DNA from: Bacteroidota bacterium
Lineage (GTDB): Bacteria > Bacteroidota > Bacteroidia > Bacteroidales > GCA-2748055
Assembly: GCA_039714775.1 (NCBI GenBank)
Contig: JBDLIQ010000006.1
Coordinates: forward strand, 3,695 to 67,694
Length of the DNA: 64,000 bases
Direction of reading: 5' to 3'
The notes below the pieces were generated by a model that was not told the origin of the DNA, did not search any database, and saw only the letters and a list, made by a program, of their open reading frames with translations. Every line of letters begins with the position of its first letter. The first letter of the stretch is position 1. The translations under genes were made by a program, and so were the position numbers. Shown one piece after another: positions 55,431 through 64,000 of the stretch.

Positions 55431-56822
55431 TTAGAGTACTGACAGTGTCTCTGTCATCCTGCGGATCATCTCGTCGGTATAGGGTCCCATGTTGGGGCCA
55501 AACCATGACATAAACCTCGACTCATAGGCATTCATGTGGTAGTATTTTCCCGGAATGATGTAACCCAGATAGGCGCCATTGAAACTGGTGACCATGGCCC
55601 GGTAACCCTCCCGGTACATGGCACTCTTATAGCGTATGGCCAGTTCGCCGCTGAAATCACAGGGAGCTGTAATCCAGATCAGATTGCCGATCCTGACCGC
55701 CTGGAGGTGGACCTCTCCCATGGGGGGGAAGAGCTTTTTACTAATAACCGGGTTGAGCCTCAGGCCATCCGTTACACGGAAATGCATCTCCGGCAGATGC
55801 ATGGGAAGTGTCATAGAAGCCAACCCGATGCTATCCATGATTAGGGCAGCGTTAACATTTTGAAGCAGACTGTCTGCCAGCGCCTCACCAATATATCCTG
55901 ACTTCTCAAAACCCTCTCCCTCGCCTTTCGCACTGTGGCTTCCCACACTTCCCGCAAAAAAAAGCGCCATGTCAAACCCTTCGCTTTCCAGCTTTCGCTG
56001 CCAGTACCCGGGGTAATCGCCGCTCAGCAGCATGTTATCACCACCCAGGGTGGTAGCATGTGCATCGAAGGAGCCCAGAACACCACTTTTTCCACCATTT
56101 TGCCTGGCCACCACAAAGATGAATTCGGAGTTTTCCTCCCCCTTCTCCCCCACCAGCCGGTTGGAGATAAGGCCGGGAGCCATGAAACTTCCGGATCCCA
56201 GCTCTCCGGGCTGAAGATCGGTCACTGCATCTTCAATGGCCTGACTGAAGCGGTTGATCAGCCAGCTGCTCACATTGGGATTTGTCTCCCCCGAGAAGCC
56301 TTTTCCAATCAATTTATCAGACCAACCGCCCACACCGGAGTGGGTATGTGTGGCAGAGAAGAGAAGCTGGGATCTGCTCAATCCGATTCGTTCAGCCACC
56401 ATCCTGCTCACCCCTTCAGTGACATTGGGAGGTACAATCACCATATCGGAAGCCACCAGTACCAGCAGTTGCTCCTCCACACGAATGGCCATGGCCTTTA
56501 CAAATAGCGAGTCGTGAACACCCTCTGCAGGTGCACCCTTCCGGTTGCCATATCCTGCCATGGGGATCTCCCTGAACACCCCTGCCACCGGATCATCCTC
56601 CAATGCCCCCATCCCCGGGGTGATGCCTGCCCTGCCAAACCCCACCTCCACCTTGCCATATGCGAGGTCAAGCCTTTGTGACAAACTATCCAGACTGCTC
56701 CTGGTTTCGCTGTAATAACCGGACTCGAACCAGGGCGTATAGTCCACCCTCTCCAGGGCCCATACCAGGCTAATCAGAATCACAAAACACAACACGCCTA
56801 AGATCTTTAACAGTTTTCGCAT
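55431..56822 (-). CDS. Neutral/alkaline ceramidase N-terminal-domain family protein
   Basis: 463 aa with an N-terminal TM/signal segment. GRAGITP ... MAGYG early motif and metal-site-like SATHTHSGVGGW. Confidence 0.68.
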   Translation of the reverse strand: MRKLLKILGVLCFVILISLVWALERVDYTPWFESGYYSETRSSLDSLSQRLDLAYGKVEVGFGRAGITPGMGALEDDPVAGVFREIPMAGYGNRKGAPAEGVHDSLFVKAMAIRVEEQLLVLVASDMVIVPPNVTEGVSRMVAERIGLSRSQLLFSATHTHSGVGGWSDKLIGKGFSGETNPNVSSWLINRFSQAIEDAVTDLQPGELGSGSFMAPGLISNRLVGEKGEENSEFIFVVARQNGGKSGVLGSFDAHATTLGGDNMLLSGDYPGYWQRKLESEGFDMALFFAGSVGSHSAKGEGEGFEKSGYIGEALADSLLQNVNAALIMDSIGLASMTLPMHLPEMHFRVTDGLRLNPVISKKLFPPMGEVHLQAVRIGNLIWITAPCDFSGELAIRYKSAMYREGYRAMVTSFNGAYLGYIIPGKYYHMNAYESRFMSWFGPNMGPYTDEMIRRMTETLSVL

Positions 56823-56864
56823 GATACTTTACCCTCTTTTCGTTGAAGATTCAATATAAGGTAA

Positions 56865-57005
56865 AAAAGGTTACCGTCATTTCTGAATGAAGAGGAGTTA
56901 TTTCAGGTCCGGGACAGCACCTTTACAGAAGAGGGAAAAATCGGTCTGTGGACCAAAGCCGATGCGGTGACCTGGTTTGATGATTTTGTGATCAAAGCCA
57001 ATTAG
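56865..57005 (+). pseudogene. Start-less 3' remnant of a LamG/DUF1080-like gene
   Basis: 46 codons are open from the stop at 56862-56864 to TAG 57003-57005, with no start codon. Translation: ...FQVRDSTFTEEGKIGLWTKADAVTWFDDFVIKAN*. It resembles the last strands of the DUF1080-like module in this window (GMAGFHSVGTDVRFDNFRV). Confidence 0.3.
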
Positions 57006-57997
57006 GCAGAGTCATCATTTGGATAGGTCATCTCCCAGGGAGCCCTGATCTCATCCATGATCCGCATGATCTGCAGTGACTCATCAAGGGGCATGCGGGG
57101 TGACTCTTTCAACCCCGCTTTCAGACACCTCATCACCTCTTCTGCCTCAAAAGTAAGTCCGCCTCCCGTGGAGGGATCTTCAATCGGTTCGGGCGCTCTG
57201 CCCTCCCTGAACAGTGTTGCTTTTGTGGGAATGGAGAAGAACTCATCCACCTGTATATGCCCTTTGGTTCCAAAAACCCTGGCATCACTGATCCCGTTTG
57301 TCCGCAGGGCAAAGGAGAGCTCGGCAAGCTCACCCCGGTCATATTTCATCAGGGCGACACCCTGCTCATCGGAACCAAGCGGGCCGATATGCGCATATCC
57401 AACCACACTTTCAGGAGGCTTGTTTATGACCATCGATGCAAAAGAGATTCCATATACACCCAGATCCAGCAGGCTTCCCCCACCCAGCTCCGGATTCAGA
57501 TGCCGCTGTTCAGGGGTGTAATCTGAACGCTTGCAGAAGGAGGCTTTCACCATTCTTACATCACCTATCGCTCCCTCACTGATCCATCCCAGGATCCTCT
57601 TGATGATCGGAAGATGCCGGGTCACCATCGCCTCCATCAGGAAAACATCCTCTTCACGGGCCACCCGGATCATCTGCTCCGCCTCCAGGGCATTGATGGT
57701 GAGTGCTTTCTCGCAGAGCACAGCTTTCCCGGCCCGCATAAACATGACACTGTTCTCCAGGTGCAGTGTATGGGGCGTCCCGATGTAGACCACATCCACC
57801 TCCGGATCCGCTGCCAGCTCTGCATAGGAGCCATAGGCCTTTGAGATTCCGTACCGTCCGGCAAACTCCCGGGCAGTCTTCACATCTCTTGATGCTACCG
57901 CCAGGAGCTCCGCCTCATCAAGTTGCTGCAGTGCTTCGGCAAACTTTCCCGAGATGTTTCCTGTACTTACTATACCCCATTTAATCTTTTCTGTCAT
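57002..57997 (-). CDS. Gfo/Idh/MocA-family NAD(P)-dependent sugar oxidoreductase
   Basis: 331 aa. Rossmann start KWGIVSTGNISGKFAEAL. Family EKP-type motif VLCEKALT. No signal peptide. Confidence 0.85.
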   Translation of the reverse strand: MTEKIKWGIVSTGNISGKFAEALQQLDEAELLAVASRDVKTAREFAGRYGISKAYGSYAELAADPEVDVVYIGTPHTLHLENSVMFMRAGKAVLCEKALTINALEAEQMIRVAREEDVFLMEAMVTRHLPIIKRILGWISEGAIGDVRMVKASFCKRSDYTPEQRHLNPELGGGSLLDLGVYGISFASMVINKPPESVVGYAHIGPLGSDEQGVALMKYDRGELAELSFALRTNGISDARVFGTKGHIQVDEFFSIPTKATLFREGRAPEPIEDPSTGGGLTFEAEEVMRCLKAGLKESPRMPLDESLQIMRIMDEIRAPWEMTYPNDDSA

Positions 57998-58150
57998 GCT
58001 TCCCTGTTTTTCTACAACAAATTAATTAATGTTTCCTTTCCTGAATAAAGTTAATTTTTATTGCATCAATGGTGAAATAGTGGTGGAATATTAATGTTTT
58101 AACCTGTTTCTTCGTCATATTATATTAAATTTTAACAAATTAGAACTTTC

Positions 58151-60463
58151 ATGCGATTGGACCTCTGGATTCTCCTGATGATCCTCCTGGCCGGCACCTC
58201 TCCCCTGGCGGGACAGGCAGAAACAGGAATTGCCTGGGAATTTAACAATGACGGGGATGCAGAGGGGTGGATGGCAGAGAGCGGGTTGGAACAGGTGAGC
58301 GTCAAAAACGGGAGTCTGTCGGGAGTGACCACCTTAACCCAATATCCTTTCCCGAAATTCAGCAGCGGGGAGTTTAGCATTCCCGCAGACCAATACGGTT
58401 ATATAGATATCAGGCTGAAAGCTCCGGGAGCTGACTTTGCCAGGCTGAGCTGGGATGATGACCAGGGGGGATTCTTTATTGCCACCTTTGATCTGGCCGG
58501 GGACCATAATTTTCACAATTACAGGCTTTCACTGGTAGGGCATGACCGTTGGAAAGATAACATCATCAGGTTACCCTATCTCAGTATCCATGAAGCTCCT
58601 GTTGGAACGAAGGTTGAGATCGATTACATAAGAATCCTGCACCTGGGACCGGTACCTGAGATCACAAGATTCAGGACAGAACGCATCACCATCCAACCCG
58701 GAGATACAGTTCCACTGTATGCCCTGGTGAGCAACAGCGGAGATGAACCGGTTTCAATGAGAAGCGAGCTGATGTTGCATGAAGGTATTGAGCTGCTGGA
58801 GGGGGCATTCCATCATGATCATGGAACGCTGCTTCCATTGATATCAGACACACTGAGGTGGCAGATCACCTGCAGCGATACCGGAACTTTCAATGCCCGG
58901 CTCAGGCTCTTTTCAGACACCGATTCCATTGACTCCGTCCTTCCTGTTCATGTGACCGACAGGAGATGGGAACAGAAGGAGTTTCTTCTGAGTGCCTGGT
59001 CGCCTCCTTATGCATGGTATGCTCCACCCTACCGCCTCAGCGTCTTCGACCGGTACCAGAAGGCAAATTTTGATGTGGCGCTCTGGGCCAGGCCCGAAGA
59101 TGATCTGACCGGGTTGCTTGAACAATACGGTCAGAAATACTTCATCCTGGTGACCAAGCTTCTCGGAGGTGATGAGTATCTAAGGGAGCCCTCCACCCAT
59201 GTTGCACCGCCCATCACTCCGGAAATGCTGGCCAGGCTCGATCCCATTATTGAGAAATACAGGAACAATCCCAATGTACTTGGTTACCACATTTGTGATG
59301 AACCCTATGATGCATGTTTCGAGAATATCGGCAAGGTGGTGAAATATATCAGGGAGCGTGACCCGGAACGGCTAAACTTTGTCAACATATGGCCCGGGGA
59401 GGATCATGACAGGTACAGGAACTACATCGAGGATCTGCTGGACCAGACCAAACTGGAGATACTCAGCTATGACCGCTACATCTTTCACAACGGATTTGAT
59501 GAGCAGGATAAATTCTTCTCCAACATCCGGGTGATCAGGGAGTATGCCGGGCGGTACAACATCCCTTTTTACAACATCTTCCAGGCCATCGGAACAGATG
59601 GCACCATAGAGGAGCATCTGAACTGGCGCACACCCACTCCGGCCGAGCATCGCTGGCAGGTGTATGCATCACTGGCATACGGTGCCAAAGGGCTTATCTG
59701 GTTTCACTGGCACGGAAACTGGGGGGTTACCGGGAATCCGGACGGAGCGCAGGTAGCAGCTTCGATCGGGGAGCTCAACCCTGAAATAAAGAGGATCGGC
59801 AAGGAGATGATGCGGTTGCGTTCCACCCTCGTCTTTCATACAGATCCGGGCGATCCGATAATGCCGGAAAACCAGGTAATCAAAGGGATTGAACCGGTTA
59901 CCGGACTGGTGGTGGGTCTTTTCCTCGACACGGCCAACCAGGACTATTTCATGCTGATGAACAAGGATTATGAGCATTCGGTCACAGCAACCATCACACT
60001 GACTCATTCATTTGATGAGATCAGCATGTACAATGCAGTGACAGACATATGGGAAGCTGTTGAATTTTCCAACGGGAGAAACAGTGCATCCTTTCAGGTC
60101 ACCCTGATGCCCGGTGGCGGAAAACTGATCGATGCCAGTAAGAGACAGCCGGTTGGTGTGGAGGGCCCGGAACATGAACCGCAACCGGAGCTGTTACTGG
60201 AAAGTGCACCCAATCCCTTCGGGCACACCACACAACTGCACTACACCATCGCCAGGCAGGGCTCCGTCTCTCTCAGGATTTACGATCATGCAGGGAGGCT
60301 GGTCAGGATCCTGGTCGACAAATACCAGGAGAGATCCACCGCCTGTTCATCTGCCTGGGATGGGAAAAACAGCTCGGGCCGGGAGGTACCTCCCGGAATC
60401 TATGTGGCCCGGCTCAGTTCAGAAGGGCACAACAAGGCCTTTAAACTTGTGAAGACAGAGTAG
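58151..60463 (+). CDS. Secreted TIM-barrel (clan GH-A / GH42-like) putative glycoside hydrolase with N-terminal beta-sandwich and T9SS CTD
   Basis: 770 aa with a signal peptide. Central segment: FLLSAWSPPY ... VLGYHICDEPYD (candidate acid/base) ... LEILSYDRYIF ... AKGLIWFHWHG. CTD: APNPFGHTTQLHYTI ... SLRIYDHAGRLVRIL ... GIYVARL. The family is not assignable by eye. Confidence 0.45.
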   Translation: MRLDLWILLMILLAGTSPLAGQAETGIAWEFNNDGDAEGWMAESGLEQVSVKNGSLSGVTTLTQYPFPKFSSGEFSIPADQYGYIDIRLKAPGADFARLSWDDDQGGFFIATFDLAGDHNFHNYRLSLVGHDRWKDNIIRLPYLSIHEAPVGTKVEIDYIRILHLGPVPEITRFRTERITIQPGDTVPLYALVSNSGDEPVSMRSELMLHEGIELLEGAFHHDHGTLLPLISDTLRWQITCSDTGTFNARLRLFSDTDSIDSVLPVHVTDRRWEQKEFLLSAWSPPYAWYAPPYRLSVFDRYQKANFDVALWARPEDDLTGLLEQYGQKYFILVTKLLGGDEYLREPSTHVAPPITPEMLARLDPIIEKYRNNPNVLGYHICDEPYDACFENIGKVVKYIRERDPERLNFVNIWPGEDHDRYRNYIEDLLDQTKLEILSYDRYIFHNGFDEQDKFFSNIRVIREYAGRYNIPFYNIFQAIGTDGTIEEHLNWRTPTPAEHRWQVYASLAYGAKGLIWFHWHGNWGVTGNPDGAQVAASIGELNPEIKRIGKEMMRLRSTLVFHTDPGDPIMPENQVIKGIEPVTGLVVGLFLDTANQDYFMLMNKDYEHSVTATITLTHSFDEISMYNAVTDIWEAVEFSNGRNSASFQVTLMPGGGKLIDASKRQPVGVEGPEHEPQPELLLESAPNPFGHTTQLHYTIARQGSVSLRIYDHAGRLVRILVDKYQERSTACSSAWDGKNSSGREVPPGIYVARLSSEGHNKAFKLVKTE

Positions 60464-60485
60464 AAACTTAATACACATCCATCTC

Positions 60486-63002
60486 ATGCATAACAACAAA
60501 CTATTTCTCACGCTTGTCACTCTCTCTCTTTTCAGTCAGCTCTCTGGCCAGCCGGCAGAGATCCCTCTTTACATGGATCCCCTTGCAGATACAGAGATCC
60601 GGGTGGAGGAGCTGCTCAGCAGAATGACCCTACAGGAGAAAGTGGACATTGTTGGAGGGAACGATTTCAAATCCATGTCCAACCCCCGCCTGGGCATTCC
60701 GGAGATGGTGATGACCGACGGACCGCTGGGTCCCAACACCAAGGGGCACTCGACCAACTACGGTGCCATGATCAACCTGGCAGCCACCTTTAATCCGGAG
60801 CTGATGCACAGCATCGCCCAGCAGATCGGTGAGGAGACCCGGATGATGGGTAGGAACATGTTGCTGGGTCCCAACATCAACATTGCACGGGTACCCCATG
60901 GAGGCAGGACCTTCGAAGGTTTCGGCGAAGACCCCTACCTGGTCTCCCGCATGGTGGTCCCCTACGTGAAAGGGGTCCAGAGCAGGGATGTGATCACCTG
61001 CACCAAGCACTTTGTGGCCAACAACCAGGAGTGGAACCGTTTCGATGTGAGTGCCGAGATGGATGAAAGAACCCTGCGCGAAATCTACCTGCCAGCCTTT
61101 AAAGCAGCCATCCATGAGGGCGACACATGGACCATTATGGCGGCATACAACCGGTTCCGGGGGACCTATGCATGCGAGAACAGCTACCTGCTGAATGATA
61201 TCCTGAAAGAGGAATGGGGCTTTACCGGTATTGCTGTATCGGACTGGGGGGGCGCACGCTCCACGGTTCCCATGGCCAATTCGGGGCTGGACCTGGAGAT
61301 GCCCAACGGGAAGTATTATGGAGAGAAATTGTTAAAAGCCATTGGTGCAGGTGAGGTTTCAGAGGCCACCCTGGACGACAAGGTGCGCAGGATTCTTCGG
61401 GTGATGTTCAAAGCGGGGCTCTTTAATGAATCGGTGGACCGGTACGGTGGACACTCCGACCAGCCCCACAGGCGCCTGATGGCCCTGCATGCGGCACAGC
61501 AGAGCATTATTCTGCTGAAGAATGAGGACAATTTCTTACCGCTGGAAAGGGAGCAGATCGAATCCATTGCAGTGATAGGCCCAAATGGCGGAGAGGCCCG
61601 TATGGAGGGAGGCGGCAGCGGGGGACTGACCGGAAACTATGGAATCTCACCCTATGAAGGGATCCTGCAAAAGGTGGGAGATGAGATCCCGGTGGAGTTT
61701 GCCAGGGGAATCCCCGCAAGACCGCTTGAACTACCCATAGCCGGACCCGAATTCTATCTCCTGGAGGATGGCACACCCGGTATCAGGGCCCAGTTTTTCA
61801 ACAACAAGGAGCAGGAGGGCGAACCTGTGCATACCCGCGTGGACCGGGATATCAACTTCAACTGGGAATCGGCATCGCCGGCACCGGGGGTACGTCCCGA
61901 CAAGTGGTCGGCCAGGTGGAGCGGAAAATTCAGGTCACCCGGAGATGGGTGGTACGAGATCGGGCTCAAGGCCGACAACGGCATCCGGATGTACCTGGAC
62001 GGGGTGAAAATTCTTGATGCCTGGATCGACGGAAGCCCCGGTAAGTTTAAAATTGCACGGTACCTGTTTGAAGCAGGCCGGGAGTACGACCTGCAGATCG
62101 ATTTCTATGAGAACATCGGGACCTGCAGGTTGAAACTGGGATTTGCCCCGTATGAACCAGGCAGCATGATGGAAGAGGCGATTGAGCTGGCCGCCGCCTC
62201 CGACATGGTGGTACTGGCCGTGGGACTGGACAAGGAGCTTGAAGGGGAGGCGGTAGACAGGGCCAGGCTTAACCTGGACAACGACCAACTACAGTTGATA
62301 GAAAAGGTACTGGATGTAAACAGCAACGTGGTGGTGGTGCTGAACAACGCCACACCCATCCTGATGAACGAATGGCTTGACCGGGTTCCCGCCCTGGTTG
62401 AAGCACTCTATCCCGGACAGGAGGGCGGCACTGCGCTGGCCGATATTCTTTTTGGAGATATTGCCCCATCCGGGAAGCTTCCACTGACCTTCCCCGCAAG
62501 GTGGGAGGACTCACCGGTTTACAAAACCTACCCGGGAGAGCATAGCATAGCAATGCATGAGGAGGGAATCTTCGTGGGATACCGCCATTTCGACCGGGAA
62601 GGTATTGAACCGCTCTTTCCTTTTGGATTTGGACTCTCCTATACAACATTTGAATACTCCACCCCGGAACTGGGTGCAAAGAAGATCGCTTGTGGTGATA
62701 CCCTCACCGTGCAGGTGGAGATCAAAAACGCGGGGGAGATGGCCGGAGATGAAATCGTGCAGCTCTATATCCGGGATGTGAAAGCGAGCGTGGAGAGGGA
62801 GGTGAAGGCGTTGAAAGGATTTAAAAGAGTAAGCCTCAAAGCGGGTGAAAGCAGAACGGTTCAATTTGAGATCCACAGGGACCACCTCTCATTTTATGAC
62901 ACAGAGAGCGGAAGCTGGGTGGTTGAACCCGGAGCATTTGAGGTGCTACTGGGCAGCTCGTCAAGGGATATCAGGTCGACCGGACAGTTCAGGGTGAAAT
63001 AG
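60486..63002 (+). CDS. GH3 beta-glucosidase/beta-xylosidase-type hydrolase with inserted PA14 domain
   Basis: 838 aa with a signal peptide. GH3 motifs: MTDGPLGPN, KHFVANNQEWNR, nucleophile context GIAVSDWGG. PA14 insert: GIRAQFFNNKEQEGEPVHTRVDRDINFNW ... ARWSGKFRSPGDGWYEIGLKADNGIRMYLDG. C-terminal Fn3-like domain. Confidence 0.9.
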   Translation: MHNNKLFLTLVTLSLFSQLSGQPAEIPLYMDPLADTEIRVEELLSRMTLQEKVDIVGGNDFKSMSNPRLGIPEMVMTDGPLGPNTKGHSTNYGAMINLAATFNPELMHSIAQQIGEETRMMGRNMLLGPNINIARVPHGGRTFEGFGEDPYLVSRMVVPYVKGVQSRDVITCTKHFVANNQEWNRFDVSAEMDERTLREIYLPAFKAAIHEGDTWTIMAAYNRFRGTYACENSYLLNDILKEEWGFTGIAVSDWGGARSTVPMANSGLDLEMPNGKYYGEKLLKAIGAGEVSEATLDDKVRRILRVMFKAGLFNESVDRYGGHSDQPHRRLMALHAAQQSIILLKNEDNFLPLEREQIESIAVIGPNGGEARMEGGGSGGLTGNYGISPYEGILQKVGDEIPVEFARGIPARPLELPIAGPEFYLLEDGTPGIRAQFFNNKEQEGEPVHTRVDRDINFNWESASPAPGVRPDKWSARWSGKFRSPGDGWYEIGLKADNGIRMYLDGVKILDAWIDGSPGKFKIARYLFEAGREYDLQIDFYENIGTCRLKLGFAPYEPGSMMEEAIELAAASDMVVLAVGLDKELEGEAVDRARLNLDNDQLQLIEKVLDVNSNVVVVLNNATPILMNEWLDRVPALVEALYPGQEGGTALADILFGDIAPSGKLPLTFPARWEDSPVYKTYPGEHSIAMHEEGIFVGYRHFDREGIEPLFPFGFGLSYTTFEYSTPELGAKKIACGDTLTVQVEIKNAGEMAGDEIVQLYIRDVKASVEREVKALKGFKRVSLKAGESRTVQFEIHRDHLSFYDTESGSWVVEPGAFEVLLGSSSRDIRSTGQFRVK

Positions 63003-63010
63003 GTCATTCA

Positions 63011-63931
63011 ATGACAAGGATAGATTATTCAATGACTGAAACAGATCAGGTACAGGCAAAGCCATTGAGCTACACAGGCAGAAGGGCCGGATTCTTCCTG
63101 ACCCTCTTCCTGTTTACCTGCAGCAGCCTGCAGCTCTCTGCCCAGCTGACCGGACTGCTGGAGAAATTTCACGATGCAGCATCGGAGCAGGTGATGGTGG
63201 CAGCACACCGGGCGGCACACCGCGGAGGGTATCCTGAGAACTCACTGACCTCCATCAGGCAGGCCATTAAGCTGGGTGTTGATATCGTGGAGCTGGATGT
63301 GAGGCTCACCAAAGACAGTGTGGTGGTTCTGATGCATGACGAGACCATCGACCGGACCACCAATGGTACCGGGAGGATCGCAGATTATACCCTAAGCGAA
63401 CTCAGGGAGTTCAGGCTGAAGGGAAAACAGGGCCGGCTTACCGATGAGGTGATCCCCACATTCAGAGAGGCCCTTGAGGTTGCCCGCGGCCATATCCTGG
63501 TTGACATTGATCTGAAAACAGAGCGGGTTGGAGCTGTTGTCAGGGCAGTCAGGGAGACAGGAACCGGGAAGCAGGTTTTCTATTTTGACAACAACTATGA
63601 GCTGCTGGAGGAGGTGCGCCTGCTGGAGCCGAATGCCATGATCATGCCCCGTGCATACTCCGCGCAGATGGCCGATTCAGCCATTCGGCTGTTCGATCCC
63701 ACGGTGGTGCATATCGACCGGTCGTTTTACACAGGGGAGGTGACCTCCATGATCCGCAGCAGCAGTGCAAGGGTGTGGATCAATCTCCTGGGACTTCCCG
63801 ATCTTTGGATCCGCCTTGGACTGCCGGGAGGGGCCGTCAAAAAGAGGCTGAAACATGGAGCCACCATTTTGCAGACCGATGAGCCGGAAAAACTGTTAAC
63901 TTACCTCAGAAGAAAAAACCTGCATGACTGA
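63011..63931 (+). CDS. Glycerophosphodiester phosphodiesterase (GDPD) family protein
   Basis: 306 aa with a signal-like segment. Motifs: AHRAAHRGGYPENSL and VELDVRLTKDSVVVLMHDETIDRTTNGTG. Confidence 0.85.
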   Translation: MTRIDYSMTETDQVQAKPLSYTGRRAGFFLTLFLFTCSSLQLSAQLTGLLEKFHDAASEQVMVAAHRAAHRGGYPENSLTSIRQAIKLGVDIVELDVRLTKDSVVVLMHDETIDRTTNGTGRIADYTLSELREFRLKGKQGRLTDEVIPTFREALEVARGHILVDIDLKTERVGAVVRAVRETGTGKQVFYFDNNYELLEEVRLLEPNAMIMPRAYSAQMADSAIRLFDPTVVHIDRSFYTGEVTSMIRSSSARVWINLLGLPDLWIRLGLPGGAVKKRLKHGATILQTDEPEKLLTYLRRKNLHD

Positions 63932-64000
63932 CCTTATAAAGATATCTGCAATGATGGCCGGACTGGCCCTTTCCGGCTGCAATCCTGAAGCGGGTCCCGG
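63924..64000 (+). CDS. Partial 5' end of a lipoprotein gene (runs off the window)
   Basis: ATG 63924 overlaps the GDPD stop by 8 nt. Translation: MTDLIKISAMMAGLALSGCNPEAGP..., with lipobox LSGC. Only 25 codons are visible. The ORF track does not list it. Confidence 0.35.
   Translation, partial: MTDLIKISAMMAGLALSGCNPEAGP

Noticed and set aside
1-64000. Looked for tRNA/rRNA genes, CRISPR repeat arrays, transposases, integrases, toxin-antitoxin or restriction/defence-type genes
   Set aside because: No spaced short direct-repeat array, cloverleaf-like segment or ORF with recombinase, nuclease or ATPase defence motifs was seen. All long ORFs are accounted for by glycan-utilisation or housekeeping-type functions. 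This check was by eye only and is not exhaustive.

Overview
The window is a Bacteroidota-type chromosomal segment. It has three SusC-family transporters, two SusD partners, two hybrid two-component regulators (HTCS) with AraC-type output, and eight proteins ending in T9SS C-terminal sorting domains (CTDs). Almost all of it is polysaccharide-utilisation loci (PULs). No rRNA, tRNA, CRISPR array, transposase or integrase was recognised.

Layout:
(1) 11-7471: a SusC gene divergent from a GH31 / YdjC-deacetylase / esterase operon.
(2) 7619-8533: an isolated PKD lipoprotein gene with a strong terminator.
(3) 8.7-32.6 kb, PUL-A: HTCS1, divergent from a SusC-SusD-LamG(T9SS) cassette and its terminator. 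A tightly packed plus-strand enzyme operon follows: GH43+CBM6, GH5-like, GH62-like, a giant GH172/DUF2961 protein, GH62-like, GH43-like and a CotH-family protein.
(4) 32.6-51.8 kb, PUL-B, all on the minus strand: CotH-family, SusC, SusD, LamG(T9SS), terminator, then three uncharacterised genes (beta-propeller with CTD, a 1023-aa multi-domain protein, an alpha/alpha-barrel lipoprotein), then HTCS2, a paralog of HTCS1.
(5) 52.0-55.3 kb: GH62-like plus a GH127-like gene.
(6) 55.4-64.0 kb: ceramidase-like, Gfo/Idh/MocA oxidoreductase, a GH-A-like T9SS protein, GH3+PA14, GDPD, and a partial lipoprotein.

Main hunt results:
- A conserved 38-nt element, two TGAAC-N4-RTAC direct repeats phased 21 bp apart, lies 73-80 nt upstream of three operon start codons. 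It looks like an AraC-type operator for the HTCS paralogs. A decayed copy sits at the HTCS2 start.
- The SusC-SusD-LamG cassettes are paralogous, and a T9SS-sorted LamG protein occupies the slot usually held by a surface glycan-binding lipoprotein.
- The GH172-like protein has an unusual repeat-expanded architecture.
- Two CotH-family T9SS proteins are embedded in the PULs.
- A 1.05-kb near-identical gene duplication lies 25 kb apart.
- A three-gene block of unknown function is partly low in GC.

All family calls rest on motifs read by eye. No HMM or BLAST search was run.
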